64,000 nucleotides of DNA from Ignavibacteriales bacterium (lineage in GTDB: Bacteria; Bacteroidota; Ignavibacteria; Ignavibacteriales; Melioribacteraceae), in assembly GCA_016177735.1 (NCBI GenBank), contig JACOUS010000026.1, positions 2,375-66,374 on the forward strand, in the 5' to 3' direction. The first letter of the stretch is position 1, and each line of letters starts with the position of its first letter. Below the pieces are notes generated by a model, which was not told the origin of the DNA, made no database searches, and saw only the letters and a list, made by a program, of their open reading frames with translations. The position numbers and the translations under genes are program-made. Shown here one piece after another: positions 9,994 to 20,957 of the stretch.

Positions 9994-10623
9994 TCATTGA
10001 ATTAAATAAAATAACGGGAAGAGGAAAATCCAGATCAAATCCACAAGGTGCCAGTACAATCCGGCGTTTTCCAATTTCACATAATTATCGAAAGTAACTT
10101 TGTCTCTTATTATGAAGACGAGAATAAACAGTAGAATAACTACACCAATAATAACGTGCAATCCGTGCAGCCCGGTCATAACATAATAAAGACCGAAGAA
10201 AAGAATTTGTCCGTTTGATCTATTCAATAATTCTTCCGAACCGGGATAAATGCCGTGCTCAAATTTTGCAGACCACTCAAAATATTTATTCACCATGAAC
10301 ATAAACGCAAACAAAATAGTTACCGATAAAAGCAGAATCGAGAGGAACTTATTCTTTTTTTGAATTGCTGCAATCGCAAGAGCAACAGTCAAACTGCTTG
10401 TTAAAAGTATAATTGTGTTCAGCGTGCCGATGCCGGTGTTCAATTCCATCGCAGCAAGTCTAAAATCGTTTGTGTGTTGATAACGATAAACAGCATAAAC
10501 CAAAAACATTCCGCCGAAAAGAAGAACTTCAGTGAACAAAAAGAGCCACATCCCCATTCTTGCGCCGACATCATCGCGGTGTACATGTTGTTCTACTACA
10601 ACTGCCTCGTGGTCGTTACGCAT
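9994..10623 (-). CDS. coxC: Cytochrome c oxidase subunit III
   Basis: GMWLFLFTE, NTIILLTSS, TGLHGLHV, GLYWHLVDLIWIFLFP. Confidence 0.95.
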   Translation of the reverse strand: MRNDHEAVVVEQHVHRDDVGARMGMWLFLFTEVLLFGGMFLVYAVYRYQHTNDFRLAAMELNTGIGTLNTIILLTSSLTVALAIAAIQKKNKFLSILLLSVTILFAFMFMVNKYFEWSAKFEHGIYPGSEELLNRSNGQILFFGLYYVMTGLHGLHVIIGVVILLFILVFIIRDKVTFDNYVKLENAGLYWHLVDLIWIFLFPLFYLIQ

Positions 10624-12256
10624 TTTTCATCTCCTTGAGTTGACTGAAATCGTACGGTTCGTGCGTGATTGTTGGAATCGTTTTAAAGTTTTCCATAATT
10701 GGCGGCGATTGAATATGCCATTCCAATGTTACTCCTCCCCACGGATTTGAAGGCGCTTTCGGTCCTTTGAAAAGCGCATGCAAAAGATATCCTACAATGA
10801 AAAAGATTGTGCCGCTCAAAATCCACGAGCCGATTGTCGAGATCATTTGCAGATTAGCAAACTGCGGAAGATAATCGTAATATCTTCTCGGCATTCCCAT
10901 GTAGCCCATTATAAATTTCGGGAAATAAAGAAGCATAAATCCAATGAAGAAAGTTGCAACGGAAATTCTTGCAAACTTAACATTGTACATTCTGCCGAAC
11001 ATTTTTGGGAACCAGTAATGGAGCGCGGCAAAAAAGATCGTGCCGGTTCCGCCAAACATTACAAAGTGGAAATGCGCAACAACAAAATATGTATCGTGAA
11101 CGTGTACATCGGTTGCAAGCGCGCCCAAAACCAATCCGGTTAATCCGCCGATTGAGAATAAGAAAATGAAAGCCATCACCCACAAAAACGGCGGCTGGGG
11201 ATCAATCGAACCTTTATACATTGTTGCAACCCAGTTAAAAACTTTCACACCGCTCGGCAGTGCGACCAAAAAAGTAAGTAATGAAAAAATCCATCGCGCG
11301 GTGTCGCTCATTCCGCTTGTGAACATGTGATGCGCCCAAACGAGATAGCCGACAAATGCAATTGCAAGACTCGACATTGCGATTGCAGTGTAACCAAAAA
11401 TTGTTCTTCTCGAAAAAGTTGGAATGATTTCCGAAACAACTCCCATCGCCGGAAGAATCATAATATAAACTGCCGGATGAGAATAGATCCAAAACATATG
11501 CTGGAACAAAATCGGGTCTCCGCCAAGTGCCGGGTCAAAAATTCCAACGCCAAACAATCTTTCGATGATAACAAGCAGAATTGTAATTCCCACAACCGGT
11601 GTCGCAATAATTTGAACCCACGCAGTTGCATAAGTTGCCCACACAAATAAGGGCATTTTAAAAAATCCCATGCCGGGTGCTCTTAAACGGTGAACTGTTG
11701 TGATAAAATTTAATCCGGTTAATATCGATGAGAAACCAAGTATGAATGCCGCGAGCAGAGGAAGCGAAATATTTGTTGTGCTTCTAACGCTGTAAGGAAT
11801 GTAAAATGTCCAGCCTGTATCAATAGGACCGCCCGGTAAAACCAAAGATAAAAGCGCAAGCACTGCACCAATCACATACAAATAGTATGAAAGTAAATTC
11901 AATCTTGGAAACGCAACGTCACGTGCGCCGATTTGTATCGGGAGGAAAAAGTTGCCGAATATTGCCGGCAGACCGGGAATGATAAAAAGGAAAATCATTA
12001 TCACACCGTGAAGCGTAAATAATGCATTATAAGTTTGTGCATCAACAATCGTTTTGCCCGGCGCCATGAGTTCAAGTCTCATTAACACTCCAACAATTAC
12101 ACCGACCAAAAAGAAAAAGATAATCGAGACCATGTACATCAACCCGATTCTTTTATGGTCAATCGTCAGCAGCCACGAAAGTATTCCCGAATATTTATTT
12201 GTACTCTGGTGATAAAAATTATCTGCTTTAACAGCCACAGCAGTTTGACCCATCAT
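10616..12256 (-). CDS. coxA: Heme-copper oxygen reductase subunit I, A2 type
   Basis: DHKRIG, TLHGVIMIF, YSHPAVY (YS motif of A2 enzymes), VWAHHMF, VVAHFHFV, GMPRRY. Confidence 0.96.
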   Translation of the reverse strand: MMGQTAVAVKADNFYHQSTNKYSGILSWLLTIDHKRIGLMYMVSIIFFFLVGVIVGVLMRLELMAPGKTIVDAQTYNALFTLHGVIMIFLFIIPGLPAIFGNFFLPIQIGARDVAFPRLNLLSYYLYVIGAVLALLSLVLPGGPIDTGWTFYIPYSVRSTTNISLPLLAAFILGFSSILTGLNFITTVHRLRAPGMGFFKMPLFVWATYATAWVQIIATPVVGITILLVIIERLFGVGIFDPALGGDPILFQHMFWIYSHPAVYIMILPAMGVVSEIIPTFSRRTIFGYTAIAMSSLAIAFVGYLVWAHHMFTSGMSDTARWIFSLLTFLVALPSGVKVFNWVATMYKGSIDPQPPFLWVMAFIFLFSIGGLTGLVLGALATDVHVHDTYFVVAHFHFVMFGGTGTIFFAALHYWFPKMFGRMYNVKFARISVATFFIGFMLLYFPKFIMGYMGMPRRYYDYLPQFANLQMISTIGSWILSGTIFFIVGYLLHALFKGPKAPSNPWGGVTLEWHIQSPPIMENFKTIPTITHEPYDFSQLKEMKNA

Positions 12257-12260
12257 TTAC

Positions 12261-13052
12261 TTAAACTCCTTCATTCAAATTTGTTTTCTTTTTCTTTAGC
12301 ACAAGTACTCCCAGAAATATTCCGATTCCCAAGAGCATGATTAAACCGATAATTCTCGTAACATTTAATGTGTATTGTCTTCCCTCCGGATCGTAGCTGA
12401 AACAAAACTCCAGTACTTTGGAAATAGTGGGATTTGTTTTTCCGGCTTTCGCATCAAGCAAAGCCATCTTTACATCAAAAGGATTGAAACTTGTTCCGAA
12501 GAGATATCTCGAAATTTTTCCTTCCGGCGAAATTGAAATTATTGTGCTCGCATGAATGTACTGGTCGTCCGGACTTTTTTTATAATAGAACCCGGCGGCA
12601 TTTGTTAATTTTTTTATACTGGCACTATCAGCAGTCAAAAAGAGCCAATCTTTTGCATCGAACGGACGCTTCAAAGTTTTGAGATAATTCTTTTTCCATT
12701 TTGCGGCTACAGCCGGAGTTTCTCTCGGATCGAAACTGATTGTAACTACTTTAAAATCCCGCCCCGGCTCCAATTGGACTTTATCAATTGTCCATGTTAA
12801 TTCGTTTAGCATCGGACTGCAGATGCCCGGGCATTCATAATAAACAAAAGCAAGGAGCACCGGTTTATCAATCACACTTTTTAAACTGGCGGTATCTCCG
12901 TCGGAATTTACAAGTTTGGTTCCCAAGGGAAGATATTTCCCCAACTGCTCGTCAATTCCAGCTTCTATTCTTTTCTGGCAATAATTTTCGGAAGCTAAAA
13001 GAATGTAAACGCTTAAAAACAAATAAGTTATTTTAGATGAATTGATTTTCAT
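12261..13052 (-). CDS. SCO1/SenC family copper chaperone
   Basis: YYECPGIC (CxxxC) motif, downstream conserved His (YIH), C-terminal TM anchor; adjacent to oxidase genes. Confidence 0.88.
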   Translation of the reverse strand: MKINSSKITYLFLSVYILLASENYCQKRIEAGIDEQLGKYLPLGTKLVNSDGDTASLKSVIDKPVLLAFVYYECPGICSPMLNELTWTIDKVQLEPGRDFKVVTISFDPRETPAVAAKWKKNYLKTLKRPFDAKDWLFLTADSASIKKLTNAAGFYYKKSPDDQYIHASTIISISPEGKISRYLFGTSFNPFDVKMALLDAKAGKTNPTISKVLEFCFSYDPEGRQYTLNVTRIIGLIMLLGIGIFLGVLVLKKKKTNLNEGV

Positions 13053-13071
13053 AATAGTTTATCTATCAACC

Positions 13072-13992
13072 TCATAATGAATTCAAAACATCATAAATCA
13101 ACTTTAGTTCACTGCTCGATAATTGTAGAACCGAAGGCTTATACCCCATCGATAACGAAGAACTTGATAGCGCAGCGAGATATTTATCAAAGCTTATACC
13201 GGATTGAGAAGAAAAAGACCAAAGCACTTTTTCAAGGCTGTACGAATTTTTGGTCAACAACTTTGCTCCACCATCGTCACTCATTTGCAGTAATTTTTGC
13301 TTTGCGATCTGAATCTTGCTAACTGCGTTCAACGATTCTGCTAAAATTATGTTTTCAGACTTAACAACCGGCATTGTACTCGCCGTAACAACTCCGGCTG
13401 TCAAATTATAACTTGTGTTCATAGAAGTTAATTCATCTTCTGTGATCGGAGGAAATTCTGCAAAAGTTCTTATGTAATGGATAATATCGAAACGATCAGC
13501 CGGCGGAAGATATTCATAAGCTGCCATTCCTCTGGCAATAATTCCCTCTTGCAAAGTTTTATACATCGCATCAATAGTTCTTCCGTTAGTCCAGCCGTCA
13601 ACTGCATGAAAATTTCTCGGCTTAGGATTCAATGCTAAGCCAGCCGGACCGTCTCCCATTCCGTTATCGCCATGGCACGATTTGCAATTTGCATCAAACA
13701 ATTCTTTCCCTTTTGCAATCATTTCAGGTGTCGGAGTTTTAACCAGATTCAAATCAATTGCCGGTGTAACTCCACCCTTCTTTTCTGCAACCTCTTTTTT
13801 AACGTTTGCAGTATCGGAAGCGTTCACTACTTGTTCGTTGAAAGAGATCGGGATCAATTTATGCCCAAAAAATATTCCAAGCGCAAGCAGTGCGATGAAA
13901 AAATAAACGAACACCCACCCAAACAAGCGGATCGGTGTTTTCGTTAGTTCTCTAAATTTAATTTCGTCTTCGATTTTTCTTTGAGTATTCAT
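13072..13992 (-). CDS. Membrane-anchored monoheme cytochrome c
   Basis: N-terminal TM helix, CKSCHG..G.GDGP, distal Met (GMAAY). Confidence 0.85.
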   Translation of the reverse strand: MNTQRKIEDEIKFRELTKTPIRLFGWVFVYFFIALLALGIFFGHKLIPISFNEQVVNASDTANVKKEVAEKKGGVTPAIDLNLVKTPTPEMIAKGKELFDANCKSCHGDNGMGDGPAGLALNPKPRNFHAVDGWTNGRTIDAMYKTLQEGIIARGMAAYEYLPPADRFDIIHYIRTFAEFPPITEDELTSMNTSYNLTAGVVTASTMPVVKSENIILAESLNAVSKIQIAKQKLLQMSDDGGAKLLTKNSYSLEKVLWSFSSQSGISFDKYLAALSSSSLSMGYKPSVLQLSSSELKLIYDVLNSL

Positions 13993-14001
13993 AGTTAAGT
14001 T

Positions 14002-15189
14002 TTATAGTCTGAAATCAATTCCTCTTTGAAGTTTTGGATCTTTGATTGCAACAAGATTGTTTTTCTTTGCAAGTTGATTGAATAACAGCATTACCAATCC
14101 TATTGCGAATAAAACAAAACCAAGTTCGATCCAGCCGAATAATACGCCATCCTTGCTGTAGTTCGGCATAGCAAGCCAGTACATATCATACCAGTGTGCA
14201 AAAAGTATCCAGCACGACATTACAAGCAAACGTTTCGGATTCATTTTGGAAGGCTGCGAAAGCAAACCAAAATATGGAATAACAAAGCGCACAAAGATTA
14301 ACCCGATTGTAAAGATTATCCACGTCCCTTCCCATCTCTGTAAAAACCAAAAAGTTTCTTCGGGAAGATTGGCATACCAGATCAACATAAACTGGCTGAA
14401 AGCTATGTACGCCCAAAAATTTGTGAATGCAAAAAGGAGAGCACCCAAACTGTAGTAGTGATTCGAGTTCAACCCGTTTACAAGGTAACCGTTTTCATTC
14501 AGCATGACAATAATAATTGTTGCCGCCGCTAAACCGGCAAGTACCGAACCGGAGAAATAATAAACTCCGAGAATTGTAGAGAACCAGTGCGGTTCGAGAC
14601 TCATCAGCCAGTCAATTGCTGTGAATGAAATTGTGATTGCGAAAACCGGCATGAAGACAGCGGAGATTTTTATATTCTTTTTTGTCAGAGATTGATCACC
14701 GCTTGCATCTTGTTTCTTCGAATTTTTTATTATGAAGAAATAGAACACAAGCCATAAAAATATAAACGCTGCCGTACGAATAATGAAAAACGTAGAATTC
14801 AAATACGGTGCTTTTGATTGTAAAATTTTATCCGCACTCACTACTTCGGGATGCATCCAATGAAATATGTGACTCATATTCGAGAAAACCGGAATCAGCA
14901 CAAAGGGTAAAACAATTAACAACGCTGATAAAAATTCCGGTATTCTTCTGAACGGAGTACTCCAAACTGCACCGGATAAATATTCAACCGCAACCAAAAA
15001 CAATGAACCTAACCCGATGCTTGCCAAAAAAACGTAGAGTATAATATTGTTGAACGCCGCTCTCGTAGAATCTTGGACATAACCTAAAATCACAGCAAGC
15101 AAACCAACACCAAATAGAATCAACCCGATTGTTTGAATTTTTTTCGGAAGTTCTCTTTTTTGATATTCTGCATTATGAATTGAGCTCAT
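14002..15189 (-). CDS. actF: Alternative complex III subunit ActF
   Basis: About 10 TM helices; DWLMSLEPHWFST, FWAYIAFSQFMLIWYANLPEET; position in act cluster. Confidence 0.9.
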   Translation of the reverse strand: MSSIHNAEYQKRELPKKIQTIGLILFGVGLLAVILGYVQDSTRAAFNNIILYVFLASIGLGSLFLVAVEYLSGAVWSTPFRRIPEFLSALLIVLPFVLIPVFSNMSHIFHWMHPEVVSADKILQSKAPYLNSTFFIIRTAAFIFLWLVFYFFIIKNSKKQDASGDQSLTKKNIKISAVFMPVFAITISFTAIDWLMSLEPHWFSTILGVYYFSGSVLAGLAAATIIIVMLNENGYLVNGLNSNHYYSLGALLFAFTNFWAYIAFSQFMLIWYANLPEETFWFLQRWEGTWIIFTIGLIFVRFVIPYFGLLSQPSKMNPKRLLVMSCWILFAHWYDMYWLAMPNYSKDGVLFGWIELGFVLFAIGLVMLLFNQLAKKNNLVAIKDPKLQRGIDFRL

Positions 15190-16325
15190 TGTAAATCAGA
15201 CTCCTTGGCATTTAGCGCTCTTTGTAAAACTCTTATATAATGAACTGCCGCCCACTTTTCTTCAGCAGTAAGTTGTGTTGAATATGACGGCATTATATTC
15301 TGTCCATCGGTAATCACATGAAAAATTCTTCCATCACTCCATGTTCTAACTTTTTCGGAATGCAAGCTTGGCGGATTCGGGAATTGACCGCGCAAACGGC
15401 TCTCTCCTTCTCCGTGATAACCGTGACACGGGCTGCAGTAAACATCAAATTTTTTCTGCCCGAGTTCGAGTACCGATTTACTTACCGGAAGCGGATTCAC
15501 AAGATTTTCACCGGCAGCTTCGGGCTGCCCTTTGAAAGCGTACGGCAGATATCCGCGTGCAACCGTTCCTTCAACCGGTTTTCGCATTCCGAAACCATCT
15601 GCAAAAATTGTTGAAGTACTTTGCGGATTTAACTTTTCTTGTTCCATCATCCAATCGAACGGCGGAAGGTAAAGTAATTTATTCAATGTGAGATACGATA
15701 TGCCCGAAGTAAACAAAGCGGTTAAAAGCAGAAAGCCGATAAACTTCGGCTCCAATATTTTGTGCTTATGATTAATCTCTTCTTCATCAAAATAGACCGG
15801 CGAAATATTTACAGCGCCGCACTCTTCCAAAAATTTCTTTACATCAGCCTCATTAAATTTTTCATCTTCGGCTTGAATTAAAATTCCGTATTTATCCACA
15901 GCAACATTTTTCATGTATTCGGTTCCGTGCAAAGGATGTCCATTATTCGGAAGTTTGAAGAAGATGAGCAGCATAGTTAAAACTGTTGCGATGGAAGCCG
16001 ATAAAACAGTAACTTCAAAAATTACCGGAACGTAAGCCGGAAATGAAAAGAGAGGCTTGCCGCCAATTACAATCGGATAGTCTTTTGCAGAGATCCAAAA
16101 CATTGCAAGTACTGCCGCAAGTGCGCTGGAAAGCCCAACTACAAGCGAAACATAACCAAGCTTCGATGTAGGGAGTTTCATCGCCTTGTTCATTCCGTGC
16201 AAAGGATACGGCGTGTGAACATCAAATTTTTTATATCCTTTCGAAGCGGCTTTTTCTGCAGCGTGCGTTATTGAATCCGGGCTATCGAATAATCCCGTGT
16301 AACCGTATAAAATCTTTTCGCTCAT
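15186..16325 (-). CDS. Fused ActD (DUF3341-like) - ActE (monoheme cytochrome c)
   Basis: N-half DVHTPYPLHG...IGGKP...VIFEVTVL (ActD); C-half PVEGTVARG...YCSPCHG...MPSY (ActE). Start reassigned to ATG 16325 (MSEKILYG), just after the actC stop. Confidence 0.88.
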   Translation of the reverse strand: MSEKILYGYTGLFDSPDSITHAAEKAASKGYKKFDVHTPYPLHGMNKAMKLPTSKLGYVSLVVGLSSALAAVLAMFWISAKDYPIVIGGKPLFSFPAYVPVIFEVTVLSASIATVLTMLLIFFKLPNNGHPLHGTEYMKNVAVDKYGILIQAEDEKFNEADVKKFLEECGAVNISPVYFDEEEINHKHKILEPKFIGFLLLTALFTSGISYLTLNKLLYLPPFDWMMEQEKLNPQSTSTIFADGFGMRKPVEGTVARGYLPYAFKGQPEAAGENLVNPLPVSKSVLELGQKKFDVYCSPCHGYHGEGESRLRGQFPNPPSLHSEKVRTWSDGRIFHVITDGQNIMPSYSTQLTAEEKWAAVHYIRVLQRALNAKESDLQ

Positions 16326-16326
16326 T

Positions 16327-17694
16327 TTAATGATCCTTATGAGAAGGTTGAGCTCCGTCAACCACAGCTTTAACTTCGGCAAGTGAGACTACAGGCAGTG
16401 CTTTTGTGAACAAAAGAATAAACGTGAAGAAAAAACCGAAACTGCCGATCAATATCATAAAATCTACATACGTAGGCTTGTAATACGCCCAGCTCGAAGG
16501 CAGATAATCCCGCGAGAGCGAAGAAACAACAATTACAAATCTTTCGAACCACATACCGACATTTACAAATACCGCAATTACAAACATCACCGGAACCGAT
16601 CTTCTAATTTTCTTAATCCAGAAAAGCTGGGGAGAGATAACATTACATGAAACCATTATCCAGTATGCCCATGCGTACGGACCGAATGCTCTGTTAACAA
16701 ATGTAAACTGCTCTGCTTCTACACCGCTGTACCACGCGATAAAAAATTCCATTGCGTATGCGTAACCGACCATCGAACCGGTAACAAGCATTATCTTATT
16801 CATTTTATCGAGTGTATCAACAGTAATTATGTGTTCGTAATTGAAAATTTTTCTAATGATGAGCAAAACATTTTGAACCATCGCAAAACCTGAAAAAACT
16901 GCACCGGCAACAAAATACGGCGGAAATATCGTTGTGTGCCATCCGGGCATTATCGAGACTGCAAAATCGAAACTAACAATTGTGTGAACCGAAAGAACAA
17001 GCGGCGTTGCAAATCCGGCTAATATCAAATAAACCATTTCATAATGATTCCAATGACGGTTGGAAAATCTCCATCCCAAACTGAAGATCGAATAAGTTAA
17101 TTTTTTCACTTTGCCGGATGTTCTTTCTCTCAACACGGCAAAGTCGGGAATCAATCCAACATACCAGAAAATCAGCGAGACTGTAAAATATGTTGATACC
17201 GCGAACACATCCCAAAGAAGCGGCGATGTAAAGTTTGTCCAAATTCCATGTTGATTTGGATACGGCAAAAGCCAGCCATCAAGCCACGGTCTTCCAACGT
17301 GAATTAACGGAAACAACATCGCAGTCATAACTGCGAAGATTGTCATTCCTTCAGCAAAGCGGGCAATACCGGTTCTCCATTTTTGCCTGAATAAAAATAG
17401 AATTGCAGAAATAAGAGTTCCGGCGTGACCGATACCGACCCAAAAAACAAAGTTCACAATATCGAAAGCCCAGCCGACCGGATTATTGTTTCCCCACATT
17501 CCGATACCGTACCAAAATGTTAACCCCAAACCAATCACAAACAATCCGAGCATCGAAAGAGTAATCGACAAAGCGATGTAGAATTTTTTATCCGGCTTTG
17601 TTTCAAGCGGTTTGGAAATCAAATCATCGAGTGATCTTAGCGGCGGCTTGCCTTCAATTACAGATAATTCTTTTGTGTAATCAACAACACTCAC
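16327..17694 (-). CDS. actC: Alternative complex III quinol-binding subunit ActC (NrfD family)
   Basis: [67 protein letters not shown]. Confidence 0.95.
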   Translation of the reverse strand: MSVVDYTKELSVIEGKPPLRSLDDLISKPLETKPDKKFYIALSITLSMLGLFVIGLGLTFWYGIGMWGNNNPVGWAFDIVNFVFWVGIGHAGTLISAILFLFRQKWRTGIARFAEGMTIFAVMTAMLFPLIHVGRPWLDGWLLPYPNQHGIWTNFTSPLLWDVFAVSTYFTVSLIFWYVGLIPDFAVLRERTSGKVKKLTYSIFSLGWRFSNRHWNHYEMVYLILAGFATPLVLSVHTIVSFDFAVSIMPGWHTTIFPPYFVAGAVFSGFAMVQNVLLIIRKIFNYEHIITVDTLDKMNKIMLVTGSMVGYAYAMEFFIAWYSGVEAEQFTFVNRAFGPYAWAYWIMVSCNVISPQLFWIKKIRRSVPVMFVIAVFVNVGMWFERFVIVVSSLSRDYLPSSWAYYKPTYVDFMILIGSFGFFFTFILLFTKALPVVSLAEVKAVVDGAQPSHKDH

Positions 17695-20600
17695 GCAATT
17701 TCCTCCGAATGGGTGTTTCTCAATTTTGCTAAATATGTTACGTTCGGTTTAACATTTAATTCTTCCAAAACATGATATGCGAGATCGTGCTCGCGCAATT
17801 TTGAAACTTCTGATTCCGAATCATTTGCATCACCGAAGACGATCGCATTTGAAGGACATGCTTGCTGGCAAGCAGTAACAACATCACTTCCCTTCAATTC
17901 TCTTCCGTCTCTAATTGCATTCGAACGTGCATCCATAATTCTTTGCACGCAGAATGTACATTTCTCCATCACACCGCGAGAACGTACCGTTACTTCGGGA
18001 TTGTTCACAAGCGCAGTCAAATCATTTTCATAATACGAATCTGCAAACTCATCGCGGAAGTTGAAGAAGTTGAATCTTCTTACTTTGTACGGACAGTTAT
18101 TCGAACAGTATCTCGTTCCAACACAACGGTTGTATGCCATTTGATTGAGTCCGTCCGGGCTGTGATTTGTTGCGTTAACCGGGCAGACATTTTCGCACGG
18201 TGCATTATCGCAATGCTGGCACAACATCGGTTGATTGCTTACAATCGGTTCATCAGGTGTGCCCGAATAATAACGATCGACTCTAATCCATTGCATTTCT
18301 CTGCCGCGCAAAACTTGTTCTTTGCCGACAACCGGAACATTATTTTCTACATTACATGAAGCAACACAAACGCCGCAGCTTGTACATTTATTCAAATCAA
18401 TTGCCATCGCCCATTTTGCGCCGTCATATTTGTGTTCTCTTGTGATGCTAAATATTTCTTCTTTCTCTTTATGAAGGAAATGCGGATTTTTTTTGTAACC
18501 TTCTACAGTACCTTCGCGAATTATATTTCTTTTTCTATGAAAATCTTTAACAAATGTTTCATCCAACGAATGGTGTTCTTGAGTTGATGCAAGTTTGTGT
18601 GTGCCGCCGATTTTTGTAATCGTAGCATTAGAATAAATGAAAGGCGATGAGTCGAAATTTTTCGACATCAATTTGATCGAATTGAATCCGACATTTCTTC
18701 CGACTTCACCGCAGACAGTTCTTCCGTAACCGAGTTCGATATTAATTGTAGTATCGCTCATGCCCGGTTGAACAAGTACAGGCAAAGTAAGTTTATGACC
18801 ATTTGCAGAAACTTCCACGAGATCGTTGTTCTCTGCATTCAATTTTTTTGAAGCTGACGGCGAAATAGCTGCGTAATTATCCCATACAATTTTTGTTACC
18901 GGATGAGGAATCTCTTGTAACCAGCCATTGTTCGCAAATTTGCCGTCGCCGACAAAACAATTATTTGTTAAATGAAGAACATATCCGCCCTTCTGATTTT
19001 CTTTCGTATTCAATAAAGATGATTGATTCATCTTCGAAGATGTTGGAACGTTTTCATCAAATGTTACAACGCCGTCATGCAAAGCAGAAAGCCAGAATGT
19101 GCGTGCATCCGTAAACGGATTTTTCTTCGCGTAAACTTCCGTGTTAAAATTCTCCATCAAATAATTATGATAGATATCTTCTTTATAACTTGATGAAGAG
19201 CCGTTAATCCATGTTAATAGAATTGCTTCCTTCTGCCTCGTGTTGAAGAGTGGAGAAATGACCGGCTGCTGCAAACTGTAAATTCCCGTTCGCGAACTAA
19301 AATCTCCCCAGCTTTCCAATTGATTGTTTATCGGAAGTGTATAATGAGAAAACGCGGACGTTTCATTTTCACTTTCGGTAAGTGAAATCACAGTTGAAAC
19401 TTTTTTTAGAGCGGAAGCATAACCGAAATCATCCGCCAATTGATAAACCGGATTTACGCCGCAATGAATTACAACACCGGCATTCCCTTTGTTTATCGAA
19501 TCAATTAATTGTTCAATCTCTTCTTTCGAAGAATGCTTTGCCAAATTTTTAAAAGCTCTCGAATAATCATAAAGAAGTGTGCCGCCGATAATTTCATTGA
19601 GTAGATTTACAGCAATGTGCACATCTTTCGAAAGTGTTTCGCCGGCATAAACAATTGCTTTGCCTCTGTTTGAATTAAAGTCGTTTACCAGATTGTTAAG
19701 TTTATCTTTGCCGGCACTCTTTTCAAATTTTGAGAAAGAATATTTTTGAATTTTTGATTGAACAGCCGAATCAATTGAAATTGCAGAGCCTTTACGAACA
19801 AGTTCGTTGATAAGCGCCATAACAAATTCATACTGTTCATCGGGAGAAATTCTCAATCTGTAATCCGCCATCATACCGGTCGAGCTCATTCTTCCTTCCG
19901 CTGCATACAATCTGTTGAAATCAATTTTGTTCAGCGGCTCTCTTTTCCTTGTAAACTTTTCTACGGCTTCAATATGATTTCCTTCACTGCCGAGAAAATC
20001 AGAATCGAGTGCAAGAATAATATTTGCTTCGTCCCACTTCACAGACGGATACTCGTAAGTGCCGTAAAAATCAAACCATGCATTTCGTCTGTTTGCATCG
20101 TTAATCAGTTCAATAGGATAAATTTTTGTGCCCTGATATTTCGCCGAAAAATCATTCAACAACTTTAAATAAGTCGGCGATGTAATCGTTTCCGTTACTA
20201 TCGCAATCTCTTTTGAGTTATTCCGAGCAATGTTCAGTGCGGAAATAATTTCGTCATCAACTTTTTTCCAATCAACTTTAGATTTATTAATAGTTGGATC
20301 GGTTAGTCTTTCCGGATCGTATAAATTGAGTATGCTTGCTTGTCCCTTTGCGCAGATTTTTCCTTTGTTAATCGGATGGTCGGGGTTGCCGTCAATTTTT
20401 ATCGGTCTGCCTTCCCGTGTTTTTACAAGAATGCCGCAATTGTTTTCGCAGCCGCTGCAAGTTGATGCATAAAAATTTGGAATACCGGGTAGAATTTCTT
20501 CCGGTCTTTTGTTGTAAGGTACAATCTCACCTTTGTCGCGGTAATCGGTACATGCAGTTGCAGTAACGGCAGCCGATGCTGAAAGGAGTGCCAAAAATTT

Positions 20601-20762
20601 TCTGCGAGATATTCCGCTCAGTTTCGATGAATCAAAATCATCAGTAACGCCTTCCAAAAATTCATTTTGTTTCAGCTTCTGAATTTCGGGATCGCTGTTG
20701 TAGTCTTCCAAACTTTTCCAGAACTCTTTTTTGTTATCTGTGGAATTCCGAGAATTATTCAT
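17691..20762 (-). CDS. actB: Alternative complex III subunit ActB (molybdopterin-oxidoreductase-like plus Fe-S domain)
   Basis: FWKSL..SRRKFL Tat signal; [15 protein letters not shown]-terminal [43 protein letters not shown]...CQQACP. Confidence 0.95.
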   Translation of the reverse strand: MNNSRNSTDNKKEFWKSLEDYNSDPEIQKLKQNEFLEGVTDDFDSSKLSGISRRKFLALLSASAAVTATACTDYRDKGEIVPYNKRPEEILPGIPNFYASTCSGCENNCGILVKTREGRPIKIDGNPDHPINKGKICAKGQASILNLYDPERLTDPTINKSKVDWKKVDDEIISALNIARNNSKEIAIVTETITSPTYLKLLNDFSAKYQGTKIYPIELINDANRRNAWFDFYGTYEYPSVKWDEANIILALDSDFLGSEGNHIEAVEKFTRKREPLNKIDFNRLYAAEGRMSSTGMMADYRLRISPDEQYEFVMALINELVRKGSAISIDSAVQSKIQKYSFSKFEKSAGKDKLNNLVNDFNSNRGKAIVYAGETLSKDVHIAVNLLNEIIGGTLLYDYSRAFKNLAKHSSKEEIEQLIDSINKGNAGVVIHCGVNPVYQLADDFGYASALKKVSTVISLTESENETSAFSHYTLPINNQLESWGDFSSRTGIYSLQQPVISPLFNTRQKEAILLTWINGSSSSYKEDIYHNYLMENFNTEVYAKKNPFTDARTFWLSALHDGVVTFDENVPTSSKMNQSSLLNTKENQKGGYVLHLTNNCFVGDGKFANNGWLQEIPHPVTKIVWDNYAAISPSASKKLNAENNDLVEVSANGHKLTLPVLVQPGMSDTTINIELGYGRTVCGEVGRNVGFNSIKLMSKNFDSSPFIYSNATITKIGGTHKLASTQEHHSLDETFVKDFHRKRNIIREGTVEGYKKNPHFLHKEKEEIFSITREHKYDGAKWAMAIDLNKCTSCGVCVASCNVENNVPVVGKEQVLRGREMQWIRVDRYYSGTPDEPIVSNQPMLCQHCDNAPCENVCPVNATNHSPDGLNQMAYNRCVGTRYCSNNCPYKVRRFNFFNFRDEFADSYYENDLTALVNNPEVTVRSRGVMEKCTFCVQRIMDARSNAIRDGRELKGSDVVTACQQACPSNAIVFGDANDSESEVSKLREHDLAYHVLEELNVKPNVTYLAKLRNTHSEEIA

Positions 20763-20764
20763 TT

Positions 20765-20944
20765 CTAAACCTTATTTGTTCTTTTAACAGCAGATGGGTG
20801 TAGATTAACTTTCACTTTCTTGCCGCTGATTTGCTTTGATCTAAAAAATTTTACCGGCAGTGCCGAAACAATAAATCCAATCAATGCACCGAGACCGATT
20901 ATTTCTAAAAATTTTTTTCTGTCAAAATTTTTCTCGTTCATCAT
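20765..20944 (-). CDS. Small 59-aa protein with Tat-like motif and one hydrophobic helix
   Basis: Manual translation MMNEKNFDRKKFLEIIGLGALIGFIVSALPVKFFRSKQISGKKVKVNLHPSAVKRTNKV*. It fills the actA-actB gap, is preceded by GAGGGA, and stops 2 nt before the actB ATG. Confidence 0.65.
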   Translation of the reverse strand: MMNEKNFDRKKFLEIIGLGALIGFIVSALPVKFFRSKQISGKKVKVNLHPSAVKRTNKV

Positions 20945-20957
20945 TCCCTCACAATTA

